A DNA stretch of 46,186 bases. It comes from an uncultured Lachnospiraceae bacterium (GTDB lineage: Bacteria; Bacillota; Clostridia; Lachnospirales; Lachnospiraceae). Positions 18,697 to 27,672 of the stretch are shown here, piece by piece. The position numbers and the translations under genes are program-made. A model generated the notes under the pieces. That model made no database searches. It had not been told where the DNA came from and worked only from the letters and a program-made list of their open reading frames with translations. The stretch's first letter is position 1; each line of letters starts with the position of its first letter. The stretch spans positions 1-46,186 of the forward strand of contig CANEIR010000016.1 in assembly GCA_947427625.1 (NCBI GenBank). The letters run 5' to 3'.

Positions 18697-21588
18697 CTAT
18701 TTTGTGTAGCTCAAGTGCAGTTCTTCGCGCTTCCTGGTTAGTTCCTCGTTGATCGATTTGATATTCAAATACAAAGTCTCACGCGGATTAGCATTTTTTG
18801 CCACCACATCGTTAAACGCATACTGTACCATACGTGTTGTCATATAATTTCCTGGTACCGCCTCAATACCGATCGTTGCCTCAAACTGAGAAAGCAGGGA
18901 ACTAAGCTCTGCATTGCTCCATGGAAGCTGACGCAATACTTCTGGATCTGCTGCCGAATATCTTGCCGCTGTACCCATCAAAGCTTCAAGAGAATTCGCA
19001 AACGAAAGCTGTGCGTCGGTTCCTGTCCACCACTTGACAAACTCCCATGCTGCTTCCTGCTTTTTGCTCTGCGCCATAATTACAGTAGCTACGGTATCTA
19101 CAACAAAACTGTGATCGATAGTTCCATCCGCTTTCTTTGTCCCAAGCATCGGAGCAAATGTCCAGCGCCCCTTAATCTCCGGCGCAAAGATTTCAAGCTG
19201 GTTAAATGTATTGTAGGTAATCACGCCGATTGGCACTTCCCCTGTTCGGAAACGGTTTGTAAAATCCACCTGCACTTCCATGCCATAGCCGGTATAAAAA
19301 TCAGTAAAATCTTTAAATGCCTCCATCGCTGCATCGGATTCCAGCGCGCTGACAATACCGTAATCCTTTCCCTCTCCGCCGTAAGCGTCGCCGCCATTCT
19401 GGAATACCATGGAAAAATACAGATTGATATATCCAGCATTCTGCTGTACGTTTGGTATGTAGGCATTGTAATTGTTTTTCTGAAGTACCGGGAGCATCTC
19501 CAAAAATTCTGTCCATGTCTGCGGTATGGAAAGTCCCAGAGAATCAAGAATATCTGTTCTCGCAAACACCATCATAAAGTTCGCCTGCTCTGGAATACCG
19601 TACACGCCGCCCTGGAAACTTGTTGAATCCAGCGTGCTCTTATAAAAACGCCCTGCGATCTCCTCATAACCTGGCAGAGAAGAAAGCTCCGACACCGCGT
19701 TACGCATTGCAAAATCCTGCAGCGTAGACTGTCCAAGTCCAATCACGACATCTGGTCCATTTCCTGCCAAAGCAGCACGCAGCACAACGTCAACTGGAAT
19801 CAGCTGAAGATTTACAGAAATATTATGTTCCGGCGTAAATGTCTCATCAATCTGGTTCTGGATAATCTGAGCCTGCTCACGTCCAAACGACGCCATCCAG
19901 ACTTTGATGGAATTGCTGCCTGATACATCCTCCTCCGTAATCTGGTTTGTGCTGTAGAAGAATGTTGAGAAAAACCGAACTACACTGTTTGCTGCACCCT
20001 TAAAAAATCCATGCTTTGCGGCAGGCAATTTGCTGTCCGGTTTTGATAAAAGGATGCTGTCCACCTCAAGCGGCATGTTGGCAACATTGACAAGCCAGGT
20101 TGCAATCGCGGAAATATTATTTTTAAACTGATTTAATTCCTCGATCACGCTCTCAGGATCTTTTGCCAGCCATTCTGCCTCCATCGCCATCTTTTCAAGC
20201 AAACTGGTGTTCTCACCTTTTTCTCCTGTGATCGCAACAATCGCATCAATCGCAGCGTAAAGATTCTCGCTCTCGCTCTTTAAATTCGCAACAAAATTCG
20301 GAAGTTTTTTTGCAATTTCATAATCGATAAATTTATTTGGAGACTGACCCGTCAGCTGAACTACCGAAAGGTATGTTTCATTCAGCACAGAAAGACTTTC
20401 CTCAATCTGACTGATAATTCCGCCCATAGGTCCCATTACATCCTCCAAAGTAATCGTGTTCTCACCTGCGTTTAAATAGAACAGATAAGGTTCACCTGCT
20501 TCGTCGGAAATTGTATACATGTTCATGTCACTGCTATAATTAAAGCCGACGCTATTCACTTCTTTATACGGAACTTCCCCATTGATATAAAGCCTGCGGT
20601 AGCTTGTAACACCGCGGTTTAAATTCTGTCTGCCCTTGACGGTCAACTCATACAGTCCCGCCTCTGGCACTTCAACCCTCCATGTAATAGATTCGCCCGG
20701 CAGCGCCCAGCTTGATGCGCCGATGGTATTGTACACAATATAGTACGGATGGTACGGCTCCAACAGCGTATCGGAATAATTCTTTTGAATATTGATTGAA
20801 GTGGAACTTTTGTAAATCGCTTTGGTATTTTCCGTCGCACGCTCCGCCTGGCATATAATGTTTTCGCCGCCATACACTGGATACTGTGCTTTCAGATCTG
20901 CAATTTTTTCCGCGTAAGTTTTTGGTTCTGGCGCTGCTGTAAATCGCAGCGAAGTATATTCCAACGGTTCTTTTGTCACATCAAACGTGATTGTATGCTT
21001 TCCCGCTGTAAGGAAGAAAATCAGAGGTTCATTGTTGCGTCTGTTATAGTCCTCCACAAACCAGCTTGTATTGTGGTATATTTCATAAGCTCCCGGTCTG
21101 ATCTCATTTTTATTTTTCAGTTTAATTTCTTCATCGGACCACCATCTCTTGATCACGACGCGCGCCAGATCTTCATAAGGAAGTTCCCCGTCAATCAAAA
21201 TTTTTCTCTGAATATCCGAGGTGGTTCCCGGAAGAGCAATATATCCTAACTCCAGGTTATAAAAACCTGTTTCTGCCACATCAAACTCCCATGTAATCTG
21301 TCCCGTGTCCCCAGTCATAATCCCTTCTAGACCAACTGTGACCTCGCAGTCTGCGGACGCAGTGTAGCGGTTTAAATCAATCTCCACTGTCTGTCCTGAC
21401 ATTCTGCCATCGTATCCATTGCTTTTCAGGTAGTTCTCGTAGCTCGACTCGTAGATCGTTTCAGAGTTTGCTGATGTCGCATAGATGTTTCCGTCTTTTC
21501 CTGAAACGATAAGGATAACTGCTATGAGCGCAACGAGCACAACCACCGCAATGATACGGATTCCCCTTTTCTTTTTCTTGTCTTTCAT
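18697..21588 (-). CDS. Membrane-anchored 963-aa protein: TM helix, two tandem CBM-like beta-sandwich domains, a helical linker, then a family-1 extracellular solute-binding (MalE-like) domain.
   Basis: N-terminus MKDKKKKRGIRIIAVVVLVALIAVILIV. Two ~150-aa repeats (ITWEFDVAETGFYNLELGYIALPG...ILIDGELPY and ITWRVEVPEAGLYELTVKGRQ...LYINGEVPY). C-terminal ~420 aa read IKVWMASFGREQAQ...GPDVVIGLGQS...WTEFLEMLPVLQKNNYNAY...EAAWEFVKWW, typical of SBP_bac_1. Confidence 0.6.
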   Translation of the reverse strand: MKDKKKKRGIRIIAVVVLVALIAVILIVSGKDGNIYATSANSETIYESSYENYLKSNGYDGRMSGQTVEIDLNRYTASADCEVTVGLEGIMTGDTGQITWEFDVAETGFYNLELGYIALPGTTSDIQRKILIDGELPYEDLARVVIKRWWSDEEIKLKNKNEIRPGAYEIYHNTSWFVEDYNRRNNEPLIFFLTAGKHTITFDVTKEPLEYTSLRFTAAPEPKTYAEKIADLKAQYPVYGGENIICQAERATENTKAIYKSSTSINIQKNYSDTLLEPYHPYYIVYNTIGASSWALPGESITWRVEVPEAGLYELTVKGRQNLNRGVTSYRRLYINGEVPYKEVNSVGFNYSSDMNMYTISDEAGEPYLFYLNAGENTITLEDVMGPMGGIISQIEESLSVLNETYLSVVQLTGQSPNKFIDYEIAKKLPNFVANLKSESENLYAAIDAIVAITGEKGENTSLLEKMAMEAEWLAKDPESVIEELNQFKNNISAIATWLVNVANMPLEVDSILLSKPDSKLPAAKHGFFKGAANSVVRFFSTFFYSTNQITEEDVSGSNSIKVWMASFGREQAQIIQNQIDETFTPEHNISVNLQLIPVDVVLRAALAGNGPDVVIGLGQSTLQDFAMRNAVSELSSLPGYEEIAGRFYKSTLDSTSFQGGVYGIPEQANFMMVFARTDILDSLGLSIPQTWTEFLEMLPVLQKNNYNAYIPNVQQNAGYINLYFSMVFQNGGDAYGGEGKDYGIVSALESDAAMEAFKDFTDFYTGYGMEVQVDFTNRFRTGEVPIGVITYNTFNQLEIFAPEIKGRWTFAPMLGTKKADGTIDHSFVVDTVATVIMAQSKKQEAAWEFVKWWTGTDAQLSFANSLEALMGTAARYSAADPEVLRQLPWSNAELSSLLSQFEATIGIEAVPGNYMTTRMVQYAFNDVVAKNANPRETLYLNIKSINEELTRKREELHLSYTK

Positions 21589-21772
21589 AGGTGATTTCCT
21601 TTCGATGCAGGGCAGCGACCAAATGGCTGCCCTTCCCTACCTGACTTGCTGCATACTTGTACTCCATTTTGTTATTTTATAGAATACAAGACTAATTTCA
21701 GAGTACAGGAAGGCAGGAAGACCGTAGTCCCCTGCCTTCTTGTTGTTTTTCCTACTTAAGTTGTCATCAAAT
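21589..21772 (-). other. Intercistronic region with two stable stem-loops between the two binding-protein genes.
   Basis: GGGCAGC-gaccaaatg-GCTGCCC at ~21621-21645 and GAAGGCAGG-aagaccgtagtcc-CCTGCCTTC at ~21701-21731. Neither has a U-run on the minus (coding) strand, so they look like mRNA-stability or partial-termination elements rather than terminators. Confidence 0.45.
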
Positions 21773-23911
21773 CTACTCTGCTGCCACAACCTCTACAGCA
21801 ACGGTTACGCTTCCGGTATTGCCCGCGTAGTCTGTCACAGTAAGAACAACATTGTAAGTTCCTGCTGTTGTTGTATCAAGTTCAGAAAGATCAGCGGCAA
21901 CTGTGTCTTTTACATCAATATTATCCGCATCCACAGCAGATTCAATATAATCCTTCCAGTTGATTGTCGTAGTATCTGTATCAAGTGCAACGGTTGGAAG
22001 TTCTGCTTTTGCAGTAACTGTAGGAGCCGTTGTATTGTTTGGATTGTAGACAATAACTTTAATCTTCTTGCTGCCTGTGTTGCCTGCCGCATCGGAGATC
22101 TTTGCCTCCACCGCATCGCCGTAAGAACCAGGTGTTGCGAAATCTACGGAATCAGAAACTTTGTACTCTGCCTTTGTCATATCAAGCTCGCCGTCCACAC
22201 TGTCCTTTGCTGTAAAGTGCTCGCTCCAAACAATTGTTGATGGGTCGATGCCTGCCGCAAAGACTGCTGTCGAACCGTCAACTGCCGGCGGCTGGTTATC
22301 ATGTACTTCATTCGATGCAAGAATCGATTCCATATTGCTTGTAACATTGGTAAAGAGATTCATATTTGCCTTAACTGCAACATCGTAAGAACTCATACCT
22401 TCCAAACCGTACAAGGACTTTCCGATCACTCCATCCCAAGTCTCACGGATACCAAGAAGGTCGCCGTAATCATTGACAAGTTTGTCGCCGATTGCAAGGA
22501 AGCACTCAAGAATCTTGTCGCCGTACTCTTCATGGAATACGTCCATTCCCATATCTCTAAGCTGTGTAAGCGCGCTCTCCTCTTTGTATTTTACCACAGA
22601 ATCAACGCCGCCAAGAGCTTTGTAATATTCTGTCCAGTAAACTGCGTAAGCTTTCAGCGCAAGCTCTGTCTTTTCCGGGCTGACACCCTTTAACACACCA
22701 ACGGAGTCGCCAAGCGTAATCGCCTGTGAGTACTCTGGGTCATCAACGCTTAAAGAATCTTCTCTTGGCCACGGAACAATACCGATAATCTCGCCGCGGT
22801 CTGCTGCGGAGGAAGCTACGCCGCCAATCCACCAGTCAGGGCAGTCTGTAAATACACATGCGCCCGCGCCGAAGTCGGATGCTGCTGTTGTCCATTGTGG
22901 TGTAAAGCCATCATCATAAACACCAGGGTCTACCATAAGCTTCTTCTCAAAAAGATCTTCAATGTACTGCACACCTTTAATGGACGCTTCGGAATCCGGC
23001 TCAAGACCGGAATTGCCATAAATTGCACCGCCTGCCGAATACATTGCAGAAAGACCTGCAAAACGATGATCCGTTTCATAAGCCTGAATCGTATCATACA
23101 CTGTACCGTCCGGTGCTGCGGTATTTGCATAATAAGCCTGAATCTTTGTCAGATAATCAGTAAATGTACTCCATGTCCAAGTTCCGTTCAAATAGTGATC
23201 CATCGGAGTGATCGTCTTGCCGTTCGCATCCTTTAAGGAATCTACTTTCTCGATCATAGAGATATTAAAGATCAGCGGCCAGCGCTGCTTATAGCGGATA
23301 ACATTAGACATCAGGTAGTTGTGTCCATACAACTTATCATAGAACATCCATGATGTCTCTTCACCCTCGAATATGTAAGCATAATTATCCAGCTGCTGCA
23401 GTACGTTCTGCGCGAGAACTGTACCTTCCGCGCCGCCCCAGATCAGAGCAAGGTCACAGACCGGATTGCCTGCAAGCACACTTGTCATCAGCTCTTCTGT
23501 TGTATTTGCGCTGTACTGGATAAATTCAAACTCGACATTTAACTGTTCCTTCACCGCAGCAAGTGCAGCAAGTGCAGCCTGTCTCTCCGTTTCCTTCATT
23601 GTATAGTCGCCGGAAACCTCATCCACATGATTTGGGTCAAGATCATTTACCCAGTGCGTACCATAACGAATTACCACCGGATCTCCCTGCGGTACATTTG
23701 CCTCCTCCGTCGGTGTTGGCTCAGCCTCCCCGGTCGGTTCCGTTGCCTCGGTCGGTGTCGGTGTAGGCGTCGGCTCTGTAGTTCCCTGTGTAGGGGACGC
23801 TGCCTGAGTAGGGGTTGGGGTAGGCTCTTTTTCATCACCACCGCCGCAAGCGGTCATGCTGGCTACCATACACGCACTCATCAGCAATGCGCCAAACTGT
23901 TTTTTTCTCAT
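21773..23911 (-). CDS. Extracellular solute-binding lipoprotein (LplA/YtcQ-like family 1 SBP) with two C-terminal bacterial Ig-like (Big_3/DUF5011-type) domains.
   Basis: Lipobox MRKKQFGALLMSACMVASMTAC-GGG, then a TPTP-rich linker. The SBP core is ~500 aa. The C-terminus reads TAGTYNVVLTVTDYAGNTGSVTVAVEV and GSYGDAVEAKISDAAGNTGSKKIKVIV, which is the Big_3 signature (TY.V.Y.A.D..GN). Confidence 0.7.
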   Translation of the reverse strand: MRKKQFGALLMSACMVASMTACGGGDEKEPTPTPTQAASPTQGTTEPTPTPTPTEATEPTGEAEPTPTEEANVPQGDPVVIRYGTHWVNDLDPNHVDEVSGDYTMKETERQAALAALAAVKEQLNVEFEFIQYSANTTEELMTSVLAGNPVCDLALIWGGAEGTVLAQNVLQQLDNYAYIFEGEETSWMFYDKLYGHNYLMSNVIRYKQRWPLIFNISMIEKVDSLKDANGKTITPMDHYLNGTWTWSTFTDYLTKIQAYYANTAAPDGTVYDTIQAYETDHRFAGLSAMYSAGGAIYGNSGLEPDSEASIKGVQYIEDLFEKKLMVDPGVYDDGFTPQWTTAASDFGAGACVFTDCPDWWIGGVASSAADRGEIIGIVPWPREDSLSVDDPEYSQAITLGDSVGVLKGVSPEKTELALKAYAVYWTEYYKALGGVDSVVKYKEESALTQLRDMGMDVFHEEYGDKILECFLAIGDKLVNDYGDLLGIRETWDGVIGKSLYGLEGMSSYDVAVKANMNLFTNVTSNMESILASNEVHDNQPPAVDGSTAVFAAGIDPSTIVWSEHFTAKDSVDGELDMTKAEYKVSDSVDFATPGSYGDAVEAKISDAAGNTGSKKIKVIVYNPNNTTAPTVTAKAELPTVALDTDTTTINWKDYIESAVDADNIDVKDTVAADLSELDTTTAGTYNVVLTVTDYAGNTGSVTVAVEVVAAE

Positions 23912-23959
23912 ATTACCTTCCTCCTTTATTCAAACATGAAATATCTTATTCGGTAATTT

Positions 23960-24050
23960 TCTCTTTTGCAACCGATTTCATAATTATATTATAAGCGTTA
24001 TGCACAGTTTTTGTCAACTTCATTTTTGTAACCGATTACATAATTGTTAT
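23960..24050 (-). promoter_or_regulatory. Near-consensus sigma-A promoter of the binding-protein/permease operon, bracketed by two LacI/cre-type operators.
   Basis: On the minus strand: TTGACA-N17/18-TATAAT (about 24012-24017 and 23988-23993). Operator TGTAACCGATTACA (~24027-24040) abuts the -35, and TGCAACCGATTTCA (~23967-23980) lies at +1 to +20. Both fit the TGWAANCGNTNWCA pattern and sit in a ~25-bp direct repeat 60 bp apart. Confidence 0.65.
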
Positions 24051-24252
24051 TTCTGCATAATTATAGCCACTATTTTTATGCAAATTGCATAAAGCAAGTG
24101 GCTAATAATTTATACAAAATAATATTTTTTCATCAGGGCATAAAACTTTTGATACATACAAGCAATAAAAAAAGTTACTTGCAAGTACTTGTTGCGCTTA
24201 AATTAAAAATTTCTTATTTTATCAGCGGCATATAAATTCGCTCGTTTTTATT

Positions 24253-26004
24253 TCAGCCGACATCCGGCTCGTCACGAAGCGTAATTGTCTCAGAAACCTT
24301 GCCCTCTGTCTCAAATAAAATAATCTCATTTCTGCCCATTTTCAGCAGCGGCGCCGGAATGTACAGACGCTTCTGAGGCCCAATTTCCCAGAACCGCCCC
24401 AGATTAAAGCCGTTCAAAAATGCACAGCCTTTTCCCCATCCTTCAAAATCAAGGAATGTATCGCCCGGTTCATCCACCGTAAAAGAAAACCGATAAAATG
24501 CAGGGGTATTTTCTTGATAATCGCGCGAAAAATCAATATGGTTCACATTGTCAAGCGGAAGCGTGTACTGCTGCCAGTTATTGTGAATATGCCCGTTAAT
24601 CTGAACACAATGATCGATCCCTTTGCGCTGTAATTCCATATAAGGTCCAAAATTGACACGCCCCATATTTTCCACAAGAATATCAATCTGAGAATCCTTT
24701 TTCAGCGGCAGCGGCTTTGCAAATTTTTTCTCCTCCAAAAGCTCCCTGTCATAGAGCGTGGCAATGAACTGCTTGTCGACAAAAAGACTTGCTCTGTCAT
24801 TTGCGCGCCACAGCTTAATCCTCTCTATACTCTCCTCTGTCGCAAGCGGTGAGCGATATAAAATATATCCGTAACCCTGCCCAAGTTTCTCCATTGACTG
24901 TGTGTACGGACTTTCCACCGGACAGCTGATATCATCCAACACAGAAAACAGGCTGACCTTTTCTTCTACCTCAAGTTTTCCATAAGCTTTGCGGGCAATC
25001 TTTGTCGTCAGTTCCACCTTAGGCACAGGCGCGTGTTTTGCTATTACTTCCTGATAGCGCTTATACTTTTCTGTGATCTGCCCATCTTCTGTCAAAAGCC
25101 CATCGTAATCGTAGGAAGTTACATCCGGCGTCAGTTCATTATAGTAATTTGAACCGTTCATAAATCCGAAGTTTGTTCCGCCCTCAAACATATAGATATT
25201 GACATTGCCAAGCTCCAGCATTTTGTCAAGATCTGCAACGCTCTCTTCCAGATTTCCCCGCATATGACCGCCGTTGCCCCAATGGTCAAACCAGCCGACC
25301 CAAAATTCAGTACACATCAACGGACCGCCATCCGTGTAGCGAGAAAGCAGTGAGAACCTTTCTTCTGTCTTAGAACCAAAATTTCCTGTTGGCAGCACGC
25401 CAGGAAGTTTCCCTGCATTCATGCTCTCTGGATATGGTCCGTCGGAAGTCACAAGCGGAACATCAATTCCACCTTCCACCATAAGCTTTTTCATCTCTTG
25501 CATATAGGCTGTATCTGTTGCGTAGTATCCATATTCATTTTCCACCTGCATCAAAATTACAGGTCCGCCATGCGTGATCTGCAATGGGATAAGCTTTGGC
25601 AGCAAAATATTGTAATATTCTTTTACATGCTTTAAAAACGGGGCATAACTTGTGCGCAGCTTCATGCCATCTTCCGCCAAAAGCCAAGCTGGAAGTCCTC
25701 CAAATTCCCACTCTGCACAGATATAAGGAGATGGCCGCAAAATCACATAAAGTCCAAGTGCCTCCGCCTCTTTTACAAACGCCACAACATCCAGTATTCC
25801 ATCAAACTTAAACTCTCCTTTTTTCGGTTCATGCATATTCCATGGAATATAAGTTTCTACTGTATTGCAGCCCATTGCCTTTAATTTTTCCAATCGATCT
25901 TTCCAATATTCCGGCACAGTTCGAAAGTAATGAAATGCTCCAGAAATAATTTTAAACGGCTGATTGTTCAGATAAAAATTGTCCTTAATTTCAAACTTAC
26001 CCAA
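24253..26004 (-). CDS. GH35 family beta-galactosidase.
   Basis: FHYFRTVPEYWKDRLEKLKAMGCNTVETYIPWNMHEP...ILRPSPYICAEWEFGGLPAWLL is the canonical GH35 N-terminal catalytic region including the acid/base Glu. The TTG start at 26004 follows AAGGGGGA. No signal peptide, so it is cytoplasmic. Confidence 0.9.
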   Translation of the reverse strand: MGKFEIKDNFYLNNQPFKIISGAFHYFRTVPEYWKDRLEKLKAMGCNTVETYIPWNMHEPKKGEFKFDGILDVVAFVKEAEALGLYVILRPSPYICAEWEFGGLPAWLLAEDGMKLRTSYAPFLKHVKEYYNILLPKLIPLQITHGGPVILMQVENEYGYYATDTAYMQEMKKLMVEGGIDVPLVTSDGPYPESMNAGKLPGVLPTGNFGSKTEERFSLLSRYTDGGPLMCTEFWVGWFDHWGNGGHMRGNLEESVADLDKMLELGNVNIYMFEGGTNFGFMNGSNYYNELTPDVTSYDYDGLLTEDGQITEKYKRYQEVIAKHAPVPKVELTTKIARKAYGKLEVEEKVSLFSVLDDISCPVESPYTQSMEKLGQGYGYILYRSPLATEESIERIKLWRANDRASLFVDKQFIATLYDRELLEEKKFAKPLPLKKDSQIDILVENMGRVNFGPYMELQRKGIDHCVQINGHIHNNWQQYTLPLDNVNHIDFSRDYQENTPAFYRFSFTVDEPGDTFLDFEGWGKGCAFLNGFNLGRFWEIGPQKRLYIPAPLLKMGRNEIILFETEGKVSETITLRDEPDVG

Positions 26005-26089
26005 TTACAAGTCCCCCTTTTCTATGGTTCTTTATAAAATCAATAATTACCCGATTTCTCTTTGTCATAATTCCGTCAAAACGACTTTT

Positions 26090-26103
26090 TGAAATCGATT
26101 TCA
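26090..26103. promoter_or_regulatory. Perfect 14-bp palindromic LacI/CcpA-type operator TGAAATCGATTTCA upstream of the GH35 gene.
   Basis: Seen directly, ~85 nt upstream of the GH35 start. It matches the cre consensus TGWAANCGNTNWCA and is the idealised form of the two operators at the 24.0-kb promoter. Confidence 0.6.
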
Positions 26104-26384
26104 TTTTCTTTTATTTTACACTTATCACGATGATTTCGTCAATCTATTTTTAATATCTTGTTATTTTTCAGCACAATTATCGAACTTTTTCTTAATTTTT
26201 TATGCAATATCCACAAAACCAAATCACTTGTTGTATCACTCATACACCGCTTTCGTGATATATTTCTTTATGCATAAATATTCTAACGTTTATGTAATCG
26301 AGTAGAGAAGATTCCTCTTCTCCCTACTCGCGCCGGGCGCCCGTCCGCTTCTGCTGACAAATTTCACTTAGGTACCCGTGTGCA

Positions 26385-26428
26385 TAAAAAGAGTGTAGCT
26401 GCAACCTACAGCCGCACTCTTTTTACAT
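26385..26428. terminator. Bidirectional terminator downstream of the LacI-family gene.
   Basis: AAAAAGAGTGTAG-ctgcaac-CTACA-gccg-CACTCTTTTT, with U-runs on both strands. Confidence 0.65.
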
Positions 26429-26430
26429 AT

Positions 26431-27492
26431 CTATTTTCGCTCACTGTTTACCGGTCCTGTCGTATCCCTCACAACAAGTTTTGTCTTTATATACTGAACC
26501 TGCTGAACCTTCTCGCCCTCCACCGCTGCGACCGCGGAACTCACAATCCTCTCGCCAAACTTGTCATAGCCATAATCAATACTTGTCAGCTTCGGCGTAA
26601 CCAGACTAGAAATAAACGTATTATCATAACCCATCACCGAAATATCTTCAGGAATACTTAGACCATGACCGCGGATATTTGCCATCACCCCAAGCGCAGT
26701 GTACTCGTTGATTGCCACAACCGCCGTCGGCACTTCCCCCGCGGCAAACAAAGCCTCCATCTGTTTGTAACCTGCTTCGTAATCGTAGTTGCCTTCCTGG
26801 CGATACAGCTCGTTTGGAAACGGCAGCCCATATTTTTTCAGCATACGCCGATAAACTCTCTCTCTTTCCACTGTGGCAATATCACTGTCCACACCGCCGA
26901 GAAATGCAATCTTGCGATGACCAAGCCCAGCTAAATATTCTATCACAATCTCCATAGACTGTCCAGCGTCAATCTGAACACGGTAACATCCTGTGCCATC
27001 TAACTTTCCGGTTATCATCATCGGAATATTCTTTGTCGTCCGGTTTACATGCTCGGCATACTCTTTGTTTGTGCAGACCTCATCCACTCTTCCGCCCATC
27101 TGGATAATCGCATCAACCCGCTTTTCCTCCAGCATCTCCAGCAAAATCTTCTCCTGCTCCCTGTCACAGTAAGAATTGCACAGCAGTACGGTGTATCCCT
27201 TCCTGCGCGCCGCCGCCTCGCACGCGACAAACAGTTCAGAATAAAACGGATTTCGGATATCCGCCACCATAATGCCGATTGTCTTGCTCCTTGTGTCGAC
27301 CAGCCCCCGCGCCATTGCGTTCGGTCTAAAATTGTACTTTTCAATAATTTCAAGAATTCTTTCTCTCTTGTCCGTTCGGACGTTCGTGCTGTTTGTCAAC
27401 ACGCGCGAAACGGTGGCAGCCGATACATTCGCTTCCTTTGCTATATCATATATCGTAATGGGTCTGCCCTCATTTTCCTTGTTGCAATCCAT
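26431..27492 (-). CDS. LacI-family transcriptional regulator.
   Basis: HTH region ITIYDIAKEANVSAATVSRVLTN...RERILEIIEKYNFRPNAMARGL, followed by a periplasmic-binding-protein-like sugar-sensor domain. The ATG at 27492 (MDCNKENEG). The longer ORF from 27576 lacks support. Confidence 0.85.
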   Translation of the reverse strand: MDCNKENEGRPITIYDIAKEANVSAATVSRVLTNSTNVRTDKRERILEIIEKYNFRPNAMARGLVDTRSKTIGIMVADIRNPFYSELFVACEAAARRKGYTVLLCNSYCDREQEKILLEMLEEKRVDAIIQMGGRVDEVCTNKEYAEHVNRTTKNIPMMITGKLDGTGCYRVQIDAGQSMEIVIEYLAGLGHRKIAFLGGVDSDIATVERERVYRRMLKKYGLPFPNELYRQEGNYDYEAGYKQMEALFAAGEVPTAVVAINEYTALGVMANIRGHGLSIPEDISVMGYDNTFISSLVTPKLTSIDYGYDKFGERIVSSAVAAVEGEKVQQVQYIKTKLVVRDTTGPVNSERK

Positions 27493-27672
27493 TGTAGACA
27501 CCCTAATCCCTGTCAAAACTTTTACCGGTCTTAACTCTATAAGGAATATTGTATTTACCTTTTCTTTCAATGTCAAGCAGAAAAACTGACAAATTTAACT
27601 TTTTACAACAAAAAACGTATTCGTACAAAGGCAAATGGGTTCCAAAACGTCTTAAAGCAAAAATTGTAAATC

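Noticed and set aside
21740-22240. 166-aa Cys-rich plus-strand ORF overlapping the SBP gene terminus.
   Set aside because: Antisense artefact. About 20% Cys, with no start context.
26299-26330. 12-bp stem CGAGTAGAGAAG/CTTCTCCCTACTCG between the LacI-family terminator and the GH35 promoter.
   Set aside because: It is a stable hairpin but is not followed by a U-run on either strand. Its function cannot be assigned from sequence, so it is recorded only as a structure.
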